This document shows positions 40,252-52,161 of a DNA stretch of 64,000 bases, in pieces (the first letter of the stretch is position 1; every line of letters starts with the position of its first letter). A program made the translations under genes and the position numbers. Under the pieces are notes generated by a model. It did not search any database. It had not been told where the DNA came from and was given only the letters and a program-made list of their open reading frames with translations. The DNA comes from Paraspadella gotoi (Eukaryota > Animalia > Chaetognatha), in the NCBI GenBank assembly GCA_051294375.1, contig CM119265.1, positions 7,015,489 through 7,079,488 of the forward strand, given 5' to 3'.

Positions 40252-42757
40252 ATGCTGCACGCCGTCGGCGGCAGAATCCTTGTGCTTCATTTCCTTTCGA
40301 CGATGTTTAATCTCGGTTCGTTGTCCGATCTTTTTAGCGTAGATTTTATAACAAGAGAGAGTCTCGGGGACGTCTTCCACTTTGCCCCTTGCCAAGACGA
40401 GAACGGCACTCTCAAAGCTAGCCAGTTTTGCGGCCAAACGTTGTTGGGAAAATTAGAAAAGGGGTGCCGCTGCCGATGCTCTCTTGGAAAATTCGCTTCT
40501 GCTCAACACCGAGTTTGTCAGAGACTCGACGTTCTCGATAATCCTCTTGAAGTAGGATCAGCTTTAAGAGCTTCCTTGAGGTCTCGCTCGACTAGTCTTT
40601 TTTTTTGTTAATGTTCAATCGTTAAAATATACATAGTTTTCATTTTTCACTTAGTTTTAGATAAAAGTAGAAAATACAAAAATTAGTATTTAATATAAAA
40701 TAATAATAATGATAATAGACAAAAAACCTTCGTCGAGCTAGATCTTTCTGGTATATCAAGGTATTTCGATCCCACGGAACCAGTGGAGCTGGAGTTAGAC
40801 AATTGCTCGGTCGAAGATCCTTCTCTGATCCACTTGGACCGCTCAACTCCTTTTGGTTGGGAGGATTTCGCCAACGTCGACATTGACTCCCATTTTCTCG
40901 ACGGAATCGGATACTCGTCCACCGTTGTTAAAATTCGCAACCATCTTCTACTACCGTTGCCGAGCGGATCGCTTTATCGACTCCAGTTCACGGCCCCGTG
41001 TTTGACGACTAACGGAGGTCGGGATCGGTAGCTTTGTCGGGTTAAACATTACTGCTCGAAAGATCTTCAATATTTTTAGTTTGCACATTCTTTCGTGCTG
41101 ATAATTTGTAAAAAGTTGGGGCAAAGTTATGTAATGAAAAGAAAATAGAATAAAGCTAAGGTTTAACGATTAACGAACTACGATCCGTTGTCGTCACGAA
41201 CAGATTCTTCGTTCATGCGTGGAGGCTTCATTTACTTCGTTACGACGGGTCGTCTCTCTCTCATCTCGAATTCGGGCGCGATGAGCTCCAGTGACGATTG
41301 GCTTCATTTTTCCGAGGAGAATCATCGTGATAATCATGATGATCTTGACGAGTTAAAAACGGGCTTTTTTAATCCCGTCACTTTGTCCGCCATAGCCGTT
41401 GCTGTCGTCGCGGTTGTGGTTCTCGTCCTCATCGTCGTTTTCTGCGTCTGCAAGCGGCTCTTGTTTAAAAATGCCGGCGTTTTTCTCGAGAGAGTGCCCA
41501 ATCCTTTTAAAGATTACGTTCCTGCCACAGACGTGAATCACAATATCACCCCAACCGAAAAACAGGTTGGGCAGAGTACTGATTGAGAGAATAATCCGCC
41601 ATTGGATGAGATGAGCAATGAGTTAGGCTTTTTTTCCTATGACTTAGCTTGACCGTATTCAAGCCGTCGTTCCTCCCCGAGTTGTCCCTTCACAACCTGT
41701 GGCGGCTCCCCTTCGTCGCGCCAACCTTTACTCGACAACAGAGAGGACGCCCGAAACGTCAATGACTCCCTGCCACGACTATGAGTCTCTCAAAGGCTTT
41801 CGAGATCGAGAACCACTGCCGCCGCCGCCGCCGCCGCCTCCTCCTCCTATTTCGACCGTCGGAGGCGAAGACCAGTTGAACGAAAGCGTTTGGTTGAACG
41901 ACGCGTTGCCCGAGACCGAAAACGGAGTTGCCCAGTCCCGTTTCCGCCTCTCGTTTCCAAGCAGAACCCGCTTCGATTACCTCTCATGGTCGGGCATCAA
42001 CGCCGAGACGCCCCCGCCGATCCGTCCCATCCAACTCCCGGTGGTGGAAGAGCGCCCTCTGCCGGTCATCACCGTCAAATCCGTCTCGAGAAGCTTCGCT
42101 GACAAAAGGGAAGATTCGAAGAGGTTCGACTCGTCTTCGCGTCATTTGCCAAATTTCATTATTACTAAGTTCAAGGTCGAATATCAAAGAGACGGTACAG
42201 AAGCCGAGGAAGACAGAGGTGGGACAGAGTACGTAGTGGGTGTGATTATCGAATGGAGACTAATTTAGCGTCAAGAATGAGCATAACATTTATTTTCATA
42301 GTCTTTGCGTTATTCCTTAGTTTTATTGTTTTATATTATTTATGCACTATGTAACAATGGACTAGCTTGTTTTTAAGTTACACCGTCTCCTTGACAAAAA
42401 CTGAGGAAAGGCTCAGCTATCGGTTTTTTTAAAAACGATCATTGTTTTTCAACCAAACTTCTTTTTTCATTGTCTTGCAGTTTGACGGACTTGAATCGTA
42501 GTCGTGAGCGACTCAACTCTGCCGCGCCGCGGATGGGACGGGCGTCGCTCTCTTACTCTCGCTTAATGTCATCGTCGAACGCAGCGCCGGCGTCGACCCC
42601 GTCGGCGCTACAAACGTCGCCGCTGCCGGCTACGGCGCCCAGTTTGACTCCGATAGCTTCGCTCACCAACGACAACGTTTATTACCGTAAAGAACTTTTA
42701 GGATATTCTGATAATTCTGAGCAACTCGATACTCCGAACATCGGAAGTAGAGTTTAA
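40252..42757 (+). CDS. Uncharacterised type-I membrane protein (about 5 exons; boundaries uncertain)
   Basis: Hydrophobic N-terminus, Cys-rich ectodomain (CRCRC), TM helix LSAIAVAVVAVVVLVLIVVFCVC followed by KR, cytoplasmic YESL and poly-Pro; plausible splice sites. Confidence 0.6.
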
Positions 42758-43261
42758 CTATTCAACGTGTCCGGCTCCCGTACATTCACTTTCTACCAAT
42801 TGGTCTTGTAACAATCGCTACTGAAGGAAACTGGCTTTTTCAATTGCATCGATTCCATTTCGAGAATCTTTTGTTTTATTTTTTTCTCCTTTCCTCCTGA
42901 TTTTTCCGTCGATGGCGATGATTCCTTTCAAATCTCCCCGCGCGTCTTTTTTCATGCGGGAAACGAAGCCGCCTATTGTCATGGGGGATACTGCCATTTC
43001 CTCTCCCCTTTACGTATCCCCCGAATTTTTGTTAATGAATTTTATCCGCATTTCTTATTAAACTTGATTTTATTCACCTTTTTACTTAATTAATCTACAT
43101 CTTACTTTCCCGTTATCCGAAAGAGAAACTTTTTTTTTAATCGTTTCCTTGTCAAGACATTAACTTTAAACAACGTTCGATATTTAAAATGGAGGCTTTC
43201 CCGCCTTCACGTAGCAGATAAATAAGATATCGTGGTCGTCGTTGTCGTCCTTTTCGCGACT

Positions 43262-46200
43262 ATGGTGTTGGTGCGGCGAGTGTCGGTGAGAAGGCATCCC
43301 TCGGCCGAGGGTGGCAAGGGTGAGTAATAAATTTGGCTCTCGAGATGGTCGGCCCTTGCCCATTTCCTAATTTTCTGTTATCGGACGGATCTCTTGTCCT
43401 TCAGCCGACGAATCGCAGGAAGCTTCGTCGACGACTCTGACGAGATCCTCCAGACGCCAGGCGGACGCCGCCGGCTCCTCGCCCTCCTTTGACGATGACG
43501 GTGAGTGGATCGCCATGGCTTTCGGTGAAGTGAGGACTGAGGAACCTCATATTCAAAGTTTGCTCAAACTAAAATTCCACGACTCCCAACCCTCAAATCC
43601 ACGCCGCTACCCTCTTATCCTCGACAGTAACCGTTGAGACTGAGGCGGCTTCGCCAGCGCCCTCGGCAGCTTCCTCAACGGCGGAATCCGCGACGCCAGA
43701 ACCCGAGTCCTGCCGAATCTTTTATATCGGCGAGCGGGTCTTCGCAAAAATGAAGGGATATCCGCACTGGCCCGCAATCATCACCGAGGTTAAACTTCGT
43801 CTATTTTTTTTAGCGAGGTCACGGGCGAGTAATTTGTTTTTTTAATAAAGAGTTGAGGCTTGATTTATTGACTTAGTAAATTATGATAATAACTGCGACA
43901 AGTGATTTTAGTAAATGTATATCTATAGTAGGTGTTTGTTTGTAAATATGAAGCAAATTTAGATTAAATGCGGAAAGAAAGTTATATAAATAGTTCTCGC
44001 GACGCTTTTTTCATTTTTTCTGTCGCAAAAACTGGTATACATACATCGTATTGTAACTAATTGCAGTGGCGTCTTGAAAGACCTTTAGTTCCTGATGAAA
44101 AGACCTTACCAGGGAATAGAGTCAAGGTAGTATTCTATTTGGTTTCCTTCCCTCGTTAGTGTTTTGTTTCCCCATTCGAGAAAAGTTTGGACTGCTTCCA
44201 GTTTCACTTAACCAAGACATCGACAGGTTCCCTCCGGACAGAAAAAGGCGCCAGCGCGTCGACGTTACACACTTTTGTTCTATGGAACCAAAGAATCGGC
44301 GAATCTCGACGGAAAAGACTTGATCATTTACGAGGAGAACAAGGAGAAATACGGAAAGCCTAAAAACGTCGCGGGGTTTAACGCTGCCATGAGGGAGGTC
44401 GAGGACGAAATAGCGCACAAGGTCGACTTATCGCTCAAATCTTCCCGTCAATTGTTTTCGCGAAATCTTAATATCTGATTTTAATTGTTAGGATGACGAT
44501 GCTTCCGAGACGCGCCGCGCTCGAGGCCGATTTTCCCGGCGCCAAGCGGCAGCGGCGGCAGCAGCCGCTCGCGATTCCCCTCCCGCTATAGAATTTTTTC
44601 CTGCGGCTGCTCCCGAAAGTCCCAACGAGGACCTCGACTCAAAATCGGAGGCGCCTCTGAACGACGAGACACAGAAGATTGCTAAGTCCTTAAGAAAAAG
44701 GCCGTCGGCGGAGGTCGAGGAAGGTGTGGACAAAGAATCCGTGTCCAAGAAGCAAAAATTGGAGGTCGACAAACCTCAAGAGGTAAACGATTCGGGAGTT
44801 TTTCATTCTTCATTCTTCATTAATTAAAAAACTGATTTCCATTCTCAGGACGACGCAGAAGCCCAGCCCCAAATCCCGCGCCGAAGGACTCGAGGGCGTC
44901 CTGCCAGAGCTGCACCCTTAAATATGGACGTAGATTCTTCCGTTTCATCCCCAAAAGAAGAACCTGTCTCTATTGATACAAGTTCTTCTACGGTAGATGA
45001 TGCTGCAGCGCCGCCTGCTTCTGTTGCTTCCAATACGAAAGAAAAAGGCGAAAAAGCCAAGGCTGTGACACCCGCTTCTGTGGCTTCGAGAAAGTCTACT
45101 TCGAATCCGGAAGCGCCTCCAAAGACTTCTTTGGGATCAGCGGCGCCGATCGAAACTGAGTCTTCATCGACAAAGCCACCGATTAAATCGGAAAAATCCG
45201 TCAATTCGAAAACTGCGGCTGAATCGCGAACAGATTCGGAATCCGATTCGGCGGCGCCGCCACCGCGGTCTTCCCGACGCAAAACGATGTCGGACGCCGA
45301 GAAGGAAGCAAAACTCAATTCCGAAGCTGAGAATGAAAAACCTAAGCCGCAAAAGACTGAATCGGAGAAACTACCTTCGAAATCTGAAGCAAAGTTAAAA
45401 GTGGAACCCAAAATATCTTCCAATCAGGTCCCTGCCCCTCACGTTGGATCGGAACTCGCCGATAGGATCAGAGACATGGATCGGGGAAACGTAAGTGGAA
45501 GTTATTAAAACATGTAAAGATGTGTTGCGGCTAGTTTTTACCTTTTCAAACTCTATTATCTCCAGGAAACTGGAAGCCCATCGGAGGTCATGCACCTCGG
45601 CGACAACGACATTCTTCGCGGCGCCTACAACTACGACCCGCTCCCGAGGGAATATCAAGATGCCTACCGTCTTCCGCTTCTTTTCTCTAAGATTGCTGTG
45701 CCCGACATCCCCGAAGAAGGACCCTGGGCCGACAAACGAGTGGTCGACGATGTCACCTACGAGCCGTTTCAGTTGACCTATGCGGATCGAAGGTTGCTGC
45801 GAGAAAAGGTATAAAAATATTTATGATTATTTATTGATTTTTTTTTTTTTACTATTATACAACATACGTATGTTTTTGAAGGCACTTCAAAAGTACAAAG
45901 AAGTTCGGAAAGAAGCTTGGAACGCGTTTGTTCTTCCCAATCCAAAAAACTCCAGGTTAAGCATCCAATCGTAAGACAAACTTCGATTTCTATTCTGCAT
46001 TGACACCTCCCACCTCTTCTTAGGGCTTTTAACAAAGAGGGTGAACTCATCGGCGTTCCCGACGAAAAGCCCAAAGAAACGAAAAAGGCGAAGAAGTCCT
46101 TGACAGCCGAGGAATTGGGAAAGAAAAAGGACGAAGCGAAACTAAGGAAAATCAAAGAGAAGTTAGTTTTTTTTATTCATTACATGGTGGCGCTTTTTAA

Positions 46201-47943
46201 TGGCTAATATCTGGATCAAATTGAGCAAACTTGTGATCAATAAAGGATCGAAATCATGCGAAGAGAGAAGCAGCTGATGTTAATAGATCTGGAGATCAAA
46301 AAGTCGCTGCGACGAGGATCCGAAGATGTGCGTCGAGCCGCCGTCGTTCTTGACTACCTCATGGAACAAAGCGTCTCCGCCCTTATGCTTATTCGTTGCC
46401 CTCAAATTGTCCACACCATTCGCAAAGTCAAGAACTATAAAAAAGATTCTTCCGTTTGGTGAGAAGATCTATAAGCCATTTGCAGCTTATTAATTGTTGG
46501 TCTATGTACAATGTACATTGTACATCTCGTGTTAAGTTTTTCCTTTTTTTTAATATATATTAATCCGCCAGCGCGAAGGCCAATACCATCTACATGCGCT
46601 TTCGTCAGTTGTTTTTTCTGACGGCTCAGTCGAAGAGTTTCGACGAGGTGTTCGACCGGGAGTGCGCGCGTTTTAAGTCTTTGGGGAAGAAGACGCATTT
46701 GGAGCAAATGGAGCAGTTTGAAGAGAAGCGGGAAGAGCGGGAAAAGCTGGCCAAGGAGGACAGCCCGTCGGAGGGCGACGAAGCTGGAGAGGGATCGTCG
46801 GACCGCAATGAGTCGCAACCGAGTCGCAAGAAACGAGTAGAGAGAAAAGAAAGTGGAAAGCGAAAAATGAAGTCCAATGACGAGGTGGAGGGAGAGGTGT
46901 CGGCGACTTCGAAATCCAAGCAGGTGAAGACCTCGGCAGTAAAGGATGAAGCCCTCGTCAAACCGACCAAGCGGGCCAAGTTTGTGGCGCCCAAGACTAA
47001 GGCCACGTCCTCAACTACGAAGCTAAAAACTGAACAGGATCCGCCAAAGGATAAACTAGACACCAAAGTGGAAGACATGGAAGTCGACTCGGCGACGTCT
47101 GAGGTCTCTGTCCGGGAAGAGGGAGACGGCGTCATGAGCGACGAAGTCGGCCTTGAAAATAACGAATCCTCGGTTCGAATCAATCCCGATGATGGGGACG
47201 AAACAGGGACTTCTGTTCCCCAATCGACCCGGGACTTGATAGAAATCGAATCCGTAAAAGAGGAGAAAGGAAAGGGGCGGGAACAGCAGTCAGAAGTGGA
47301 AGAACACACTTCGACTTCTGATGCGACGGTGGTAAACGATTTGGTGGACGCGAATGACGCTGAAAGAAAAGAAAAGGAGGATATTAAGGAGCGGAACGCT
47401 ACTGATGTAAAATTCGTTGGACCTGACAACGCAACAAAACAAACGGACTATCCCGTTCCTCGATCGCCCTTTATGAATCCTAAAGTCGACGAGAAAGTTT
47501 CAGGGGATGCGGATTGTTTGGATCAAAAGAACAAAGACGATGTGGTTGAAGTGAAGGACGACGACCTTAAAATCAAAATGGTCGTAGATTCTCAAGATCT
47601 CAATGCTGTCGAGAAAGATGACGATCGGAATAAACATCGAAAACAAGACGATGCTACCGATGACGACGGAGAAAAACTTGACGGAAAAAGCGATAAAAAC
47701 TCTGATGTTGTCAATGAATATGATGAAAGCCTGAATATAACCTCAAAAGAGGTATCGTCCAGTAACCAAGTTGAAGAAAGCGGCATTATTGCCTCGACCA
47801 GACTATCATCAGAATCGGCGACGGGGCAAGAAGCAAAGGATAATGACGTCGATGTTGTTGTATCGGAGTCAACGACTGAAGAATCTTTGCGACCTCTCGG
47901 CAAAAAGACGGAGGTCGAGCCAGAGGAAAAACCGATCGAGTGA
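43262..47943 (+). CDS. PWWP + integrase-binding-domain chromatin reader (LEDGF/HDGFL2/JASPer-like)
   Basis: Spliced exons give GERVFAKMKGYPHWPA...LLFYGTKES...YEENKEKYGKP..GFNAAMRE (PWWP) and DLEIKKSL...IVHTIRKVKNYK...AKANTIYMRFRQLF (IBD), followed by an acidic tail. Confidence 0.9.
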
Positions 47944-48135
47944 ACGAATCTCGTCAAATTTTCGCCTGATATGTTTGTGATTTTATCGTTTTTGTTTCAC
48001 AATCAAATTGTTTACGTTAATTAATTTTGTTCATTGATTTGATTCAATACCATTTGTTTGTATTATTGATGATTTTTGTTTAATTTTTGTTGTCCAAGGC
48101 CTCTTTGCTGTAATATTAAACTTTTAATTGTTACG

Positions 48136-51122
48136 ATGACCATGATGACGAATGCATCAGAATTTCTTGGTTCGTCAGTTTTCGTTTCACCGTTGAGCAT
48201 CCGATTCACTCAGCATACGATTCCACCCAGATTCGACGATGGACACACTTTGGAAGGTGAATACTCTTAACGCCGCCGTACTTAAAGAGTAAGAGCAATA
48301 AAAATGATATTATCAATTACAGAATGCTTCATATTAGAAAATTCTCTCCTGTATTTTCGAACCGAGAATCGGTTCCGATCAACTACCAAGCCAACTTTGC
48401 CCAGGCAGGCAAAAAATGGGCAAAGATTTTTTTATCCTGATCAGTTGCAGAAACGTTTACTTGTTCAGAAAAGTACATTTATTATAACAAAACAAATTTT
48501 TTCACTTTATTTTAAGGATCTTAAACGTAAAAAACTTTGTCAATGGGATGGGTCAGAAGTTCTATTTGGAAACCTTCCTAAATGAAACTTCATACATTTC
48601 TGAGAAAACTTTCAATGGACCAAAATTTTATAAAATGGCTAGAAGCACAAGTAATCAATTTTTTAATATTTATTTATAGATAGGCAATGTCCAAAAAATT
48701 GTTATTTTTAAAAGCAGATTCAAATAGCTTATGAAAAGTTATCTACACAAAGTATAATTCTTTTTTCAATATTTTGATGATAAGTGGGTTTAAATTGAGA
48801 AAAACCTTAAAAATCATCATCATCATCATCATCCAATGATTTTAGCAGTTTTTACTAATTTTTAGTAATAAAACATCAAAATTTTAAAAAGTTGTAATTA
48901 TATTTTTTGCTTAACTTTTTAAGCTCTATCAGAATCAATTAAAAAACTTAAAATATCCAAAAAAATTTTTTGACATTATATAGCAATATAATAATATTAA
49001 TTAGCAAATTACTCATGGTTCGGAACATTTTTGTAAAAAATATTTTAACACAATAATTAATACCAATAATGGATTAGTTTAATGCTGTTCCCATTAAAAT
49101 TTGAATTTGGTCGGCTACCGCTACCTAAATGAAACTTCATACATTTCTGAGAAAACTTTCAATGGACCAAAATTTTATAAAATGGCTAGAAGCACAAGAA
49201 TCAATTTTTTAATATTTATTTATAGATAGGCAATGTCCAAAAAATTGTTATTTTTAAAAGCAGATTCAAATAGCTTATGAAAAGTTGTTTACACAAAGTA
49301 TAATTCTTTTTTTTAATATTTTGATAATAAGTGGGTCAAAATTAGGAAAAACCTTTAAAAATCATCATCATCCGATGATTTTAGCAGTTTTTGCTAATTT
49401 TCAGTAATAAAATATCAAAATTTTTTTGCCTAACTTTTTTAGCTTTACGAGAATCAATCAACTTAAAATATCAACAAAAAATTTTTGACATTATATAGCA
49501 ATAAAATCATTTTAATTAGCGAAATACTTATGGTTCGGAACATTTTTGCAAAAAAACACAAAAATTAGAGCCAGTTTGAATTAGTTTCAACAACGATTTT
49601 TATTATTTTTAACGAGACTTTATTGCAAATCTTCGTCAGCTCTATTTCACAAACACAACGAAATGAAAGGATTTCACATAACACAATAACTAATACCCAT
49701 AATGGATTTGTTTCATGCTGTTCCCATTAAAATTTGAATTTTGTCGGCTACCGCAAACGTAAGTGGTTCATGTCATCTTTTGAGTGGAGAGCAAAAATTA
49801 TATCTAAAATGATTGATTTAAAGGAAGAAAAATCAATTTAAATTTATTGAAAATTAACTTTAAAATGGTTTTTCAACAAAGTCAAGACATAAATGCAAAT
49901 GATCACAAAAAATTTATCTTCAGAGAAAAAAAAATCTTTGTCATTTTTTGCCCCAGTGGGGTAACCTCTTACCTCTTAGGGCTCTGTATCTTTGCTCAAG
50001 GGTAAAATATTGAAAATCGCCTCGATAGTCCCATTGGGATACTGTATGCAAAAGCATATAGAATTTGGTTCAGCGATTTGGTCAGAATCGATTGTCGATC
50101 AGAAAAACGGGGAGAGCATTTTCCAACTCCGGAGATAATATAAAATTTCGACTATTAGCAAAATATTTTTAGTTGTCTTGACTAAATATTTATTTATTTA
50201 TCATGAAAATATTTAAAAAAGAATTATACTTTGTGTATACAACTTTTTATGAGCTATCTGAATCTGGTCTTAAAATTTAAAAATTATCCCAAAAAATTTT
50301 GGCCTTTCCTATCTATAAATAAATATTAAAAAAATAATTATTTGGGTATAGACTCTAGAGCCATATAAGAAATGTTTTGTCCATTGAAAGTATACTTCAA
50401 AATGTATAAATTTTTGTTTGAGCATGTAATCATTCTAAATTTTTGACTCACCCCATTGACTGGGGCTACCCCTACTAATATGAAGACTTTTGTACACTTT
50501 AACAGAAACTTTGATCGAACTCATCTCTGGTCGTTTGGCAGTGAGCGACCTCCCGATAATGCGCGCAATCCATCACGAAGGCATCGTCTTTGCCCTCGAC
50601 AATCGACGGCTCGCGGTTTACGGCGAACTCGCTTTGCGTAAATCGATCAAAACCGTCAAGGTCGCGATTTTGCCCTTCGATAGGACCCGTATGGCATGGA
50701 TAGAGCCTTTTCGGCATCTTGGCGCCCACTATCCGCCACCGGTGCCCACAGGTCTCCCTCGTGGGTGGGCCGATGGTCGGCCAAAGATGAAGTTTCTCTT
50801 TGGATCGGTCGGAGGGGAAATCGTTGTCGAAACTCGGACTGAAGACAAAGAGTCGGGCGTTTCTATGCCCAAACTTGAACCGGTCGACGCGCCTTTTGCC
50901 GCGTTCTGCGAAACAGACCTTCCGCCCCTTATTCCAAACTCCTTTGAGCTTCCACGTACTCCCCAAAATTGTAACAACGACACTGAGCCTTTTTGTAGAC
51001 ATTGCATCGTCATGACATTCCTAAACCGTAGCCGAAAGCTTCAGCCTTTGTCCAGTTTTTACCTCCCGCCTCGCGACAATACTCCGAGTCCGGAAGAAAG
51101 ATGTCAAGACCAAGACTTTTAA
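48136..51122 (+). CDS. ParB/sulfiredoxin-like 'DNRRL' domain protein, 245 aa; exons 48136-48256 and 50506-51122
   Basis: Phase-1 intron (G|GTGAAT ... AACAG|AA) joins two separately listed ORFs into SPLSIRFTQHTIPPRFDDGHTLEETLIELISGRLAVSDLPIMRAIHHEGIVFALDNRRLAVY. Confidence 0.75.
48577..49754. repeat. Tandem duplication (about 547 and 630 bp units) of a family C repeat segment
   Basis: Both units begin CCTAAATGAAACTTCATACATTTCTGAG (48577, 49124) and end GCTGTTCCCATTAAAATTTGAATTT.GTCGGCTACCGC. Confidence 0.85.
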
Positions 51123-51342
51123 TGTGGCTTTGGTTTTAAATTACAAGTGATATTTTTTTGAGTCGCTGACTCGCTGAAATGCTGTTTATGTTTTAAAAAG
51201 GTCTTCTTCATTAGATTAATTTTTCGTGCATTTTATTTATAGCCATGTTTAGAATTTATTTTTGACGCTTATTTTTCAGATTTACTAAGTTGTTAGTTTT
51301 AAAATTGTGAGACCGACTTAGGAATAGTAGCTCGGTAAAACT

Positions 51343-52161
51343 ATGACGACAAACGGGAAATTCGGTGGGACGGATTCCGCGTCAAAAGTGGAAGCCGATG
51401 CCCGGAAGATCTTTGTGGGCGGCATCAGTTGGGAGACGAGCGTCGATGACCTCCGGGCCTTCATGGAGCAGTTCGGCGCCGTCAAAGACGCCACCATCAA
51501 AATGGACCCCATGGGAAATCCTCGCGGCTTCGGCTTCGTGCTCTTCGAGAACGAGGGCTCGGTCGAGGCCGTCCTGGCCGCCGGCCCCTTGACGCTCAAG
51601 GAAAAGAAGATCGAGGCAAAGCGCGCCGCCATCAAAGAGATAAAGCAAGTTTTCGTTGGCGGCGTCAACCCCCAGATGCCCGAGGACGAGATCCGCACGC
51701 ACTTCGAGCAGTACGGCGAGATAGAATCTATCGACCTTCCCAAGGACGCCGCCAAAGGCACGAGGCGTGGCTTCGTCTTCATCACCTTCAAGACTTCCGA
51801 GGCTTGCAACGCCGCCACCGCCAGCAAAGAGAAACAGCAACTGGGCGAGAATCTCGTCGACGTGAAAAAGGCCGTGCCCCAGCCCAAAGATTACAACGCC
51901 AGCGCCGGTTACTACGACTACAGCGCTTACGGCTATGGTTACGGCTACCCGGCCCCTTATGGAATGCCCCCCTACGGTCGCGGTAGAGGTGCGCCCAGGG
52001 GCAGAGGAGCCGGCGGGCCGGGGATGGTCGGATATCCAGCTTACAACCCTTACGACCATTCCTCTTGGTACGGATATCCGCCGGCTCCGGCTCCGGGGGG
52101 CGGAAAGATGAGGGGGAGGGGAAGAGGAGGCGCTGCTCCGAGAGGCGGAGTTACTCAATAA
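51343..52161 (+). CDS. hnRNP D/AB (squid-like) RNA-binding protein, 2 RRMs plus Tyr/Gly/RGG tail, intronless ORF
   Basis: KIFVGGISWET, RGFGFVLF, VFVGGV, RRGFVFITF. Confidence 0.93.
   Translation: MTTNGKFGGTDSASKVEADARKIFVGGISWETSVDDLRAFMEQFGAVKDATIKMDPMGNPRGFGFVLFENEGSVEAVLAAGPLTLKEKKIEAKRAAIKEIKQVFVGGVNPQMPEDEIRTHFEQYGEIESIDLPKDAAKGTRRGFVFITFKTSEACNAATASKEKQQLGENLVDVKKAVPQPKDYNASAGYYDYSAYGYGYGYPAPYGMPPYGRGRGAPRGRGAGGPGMVGYPAYNPYDHSSWYGYPPAPAPGGGKMRGRGRGGAAPRGGVTQ

Noticed and set aside
43189-43221. Apparent in-frame TAA near the PWWP gene start (recoding?)
   Set aside because: ATG 43262 in another frame splices cleanly into the PWWP exons; no recoding needed
44071-44105. GAAA...CTGATGA hammerhead or snoRNA C box
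   Set aside because: No room for stem I and no D box; better explained as an in-frame exon
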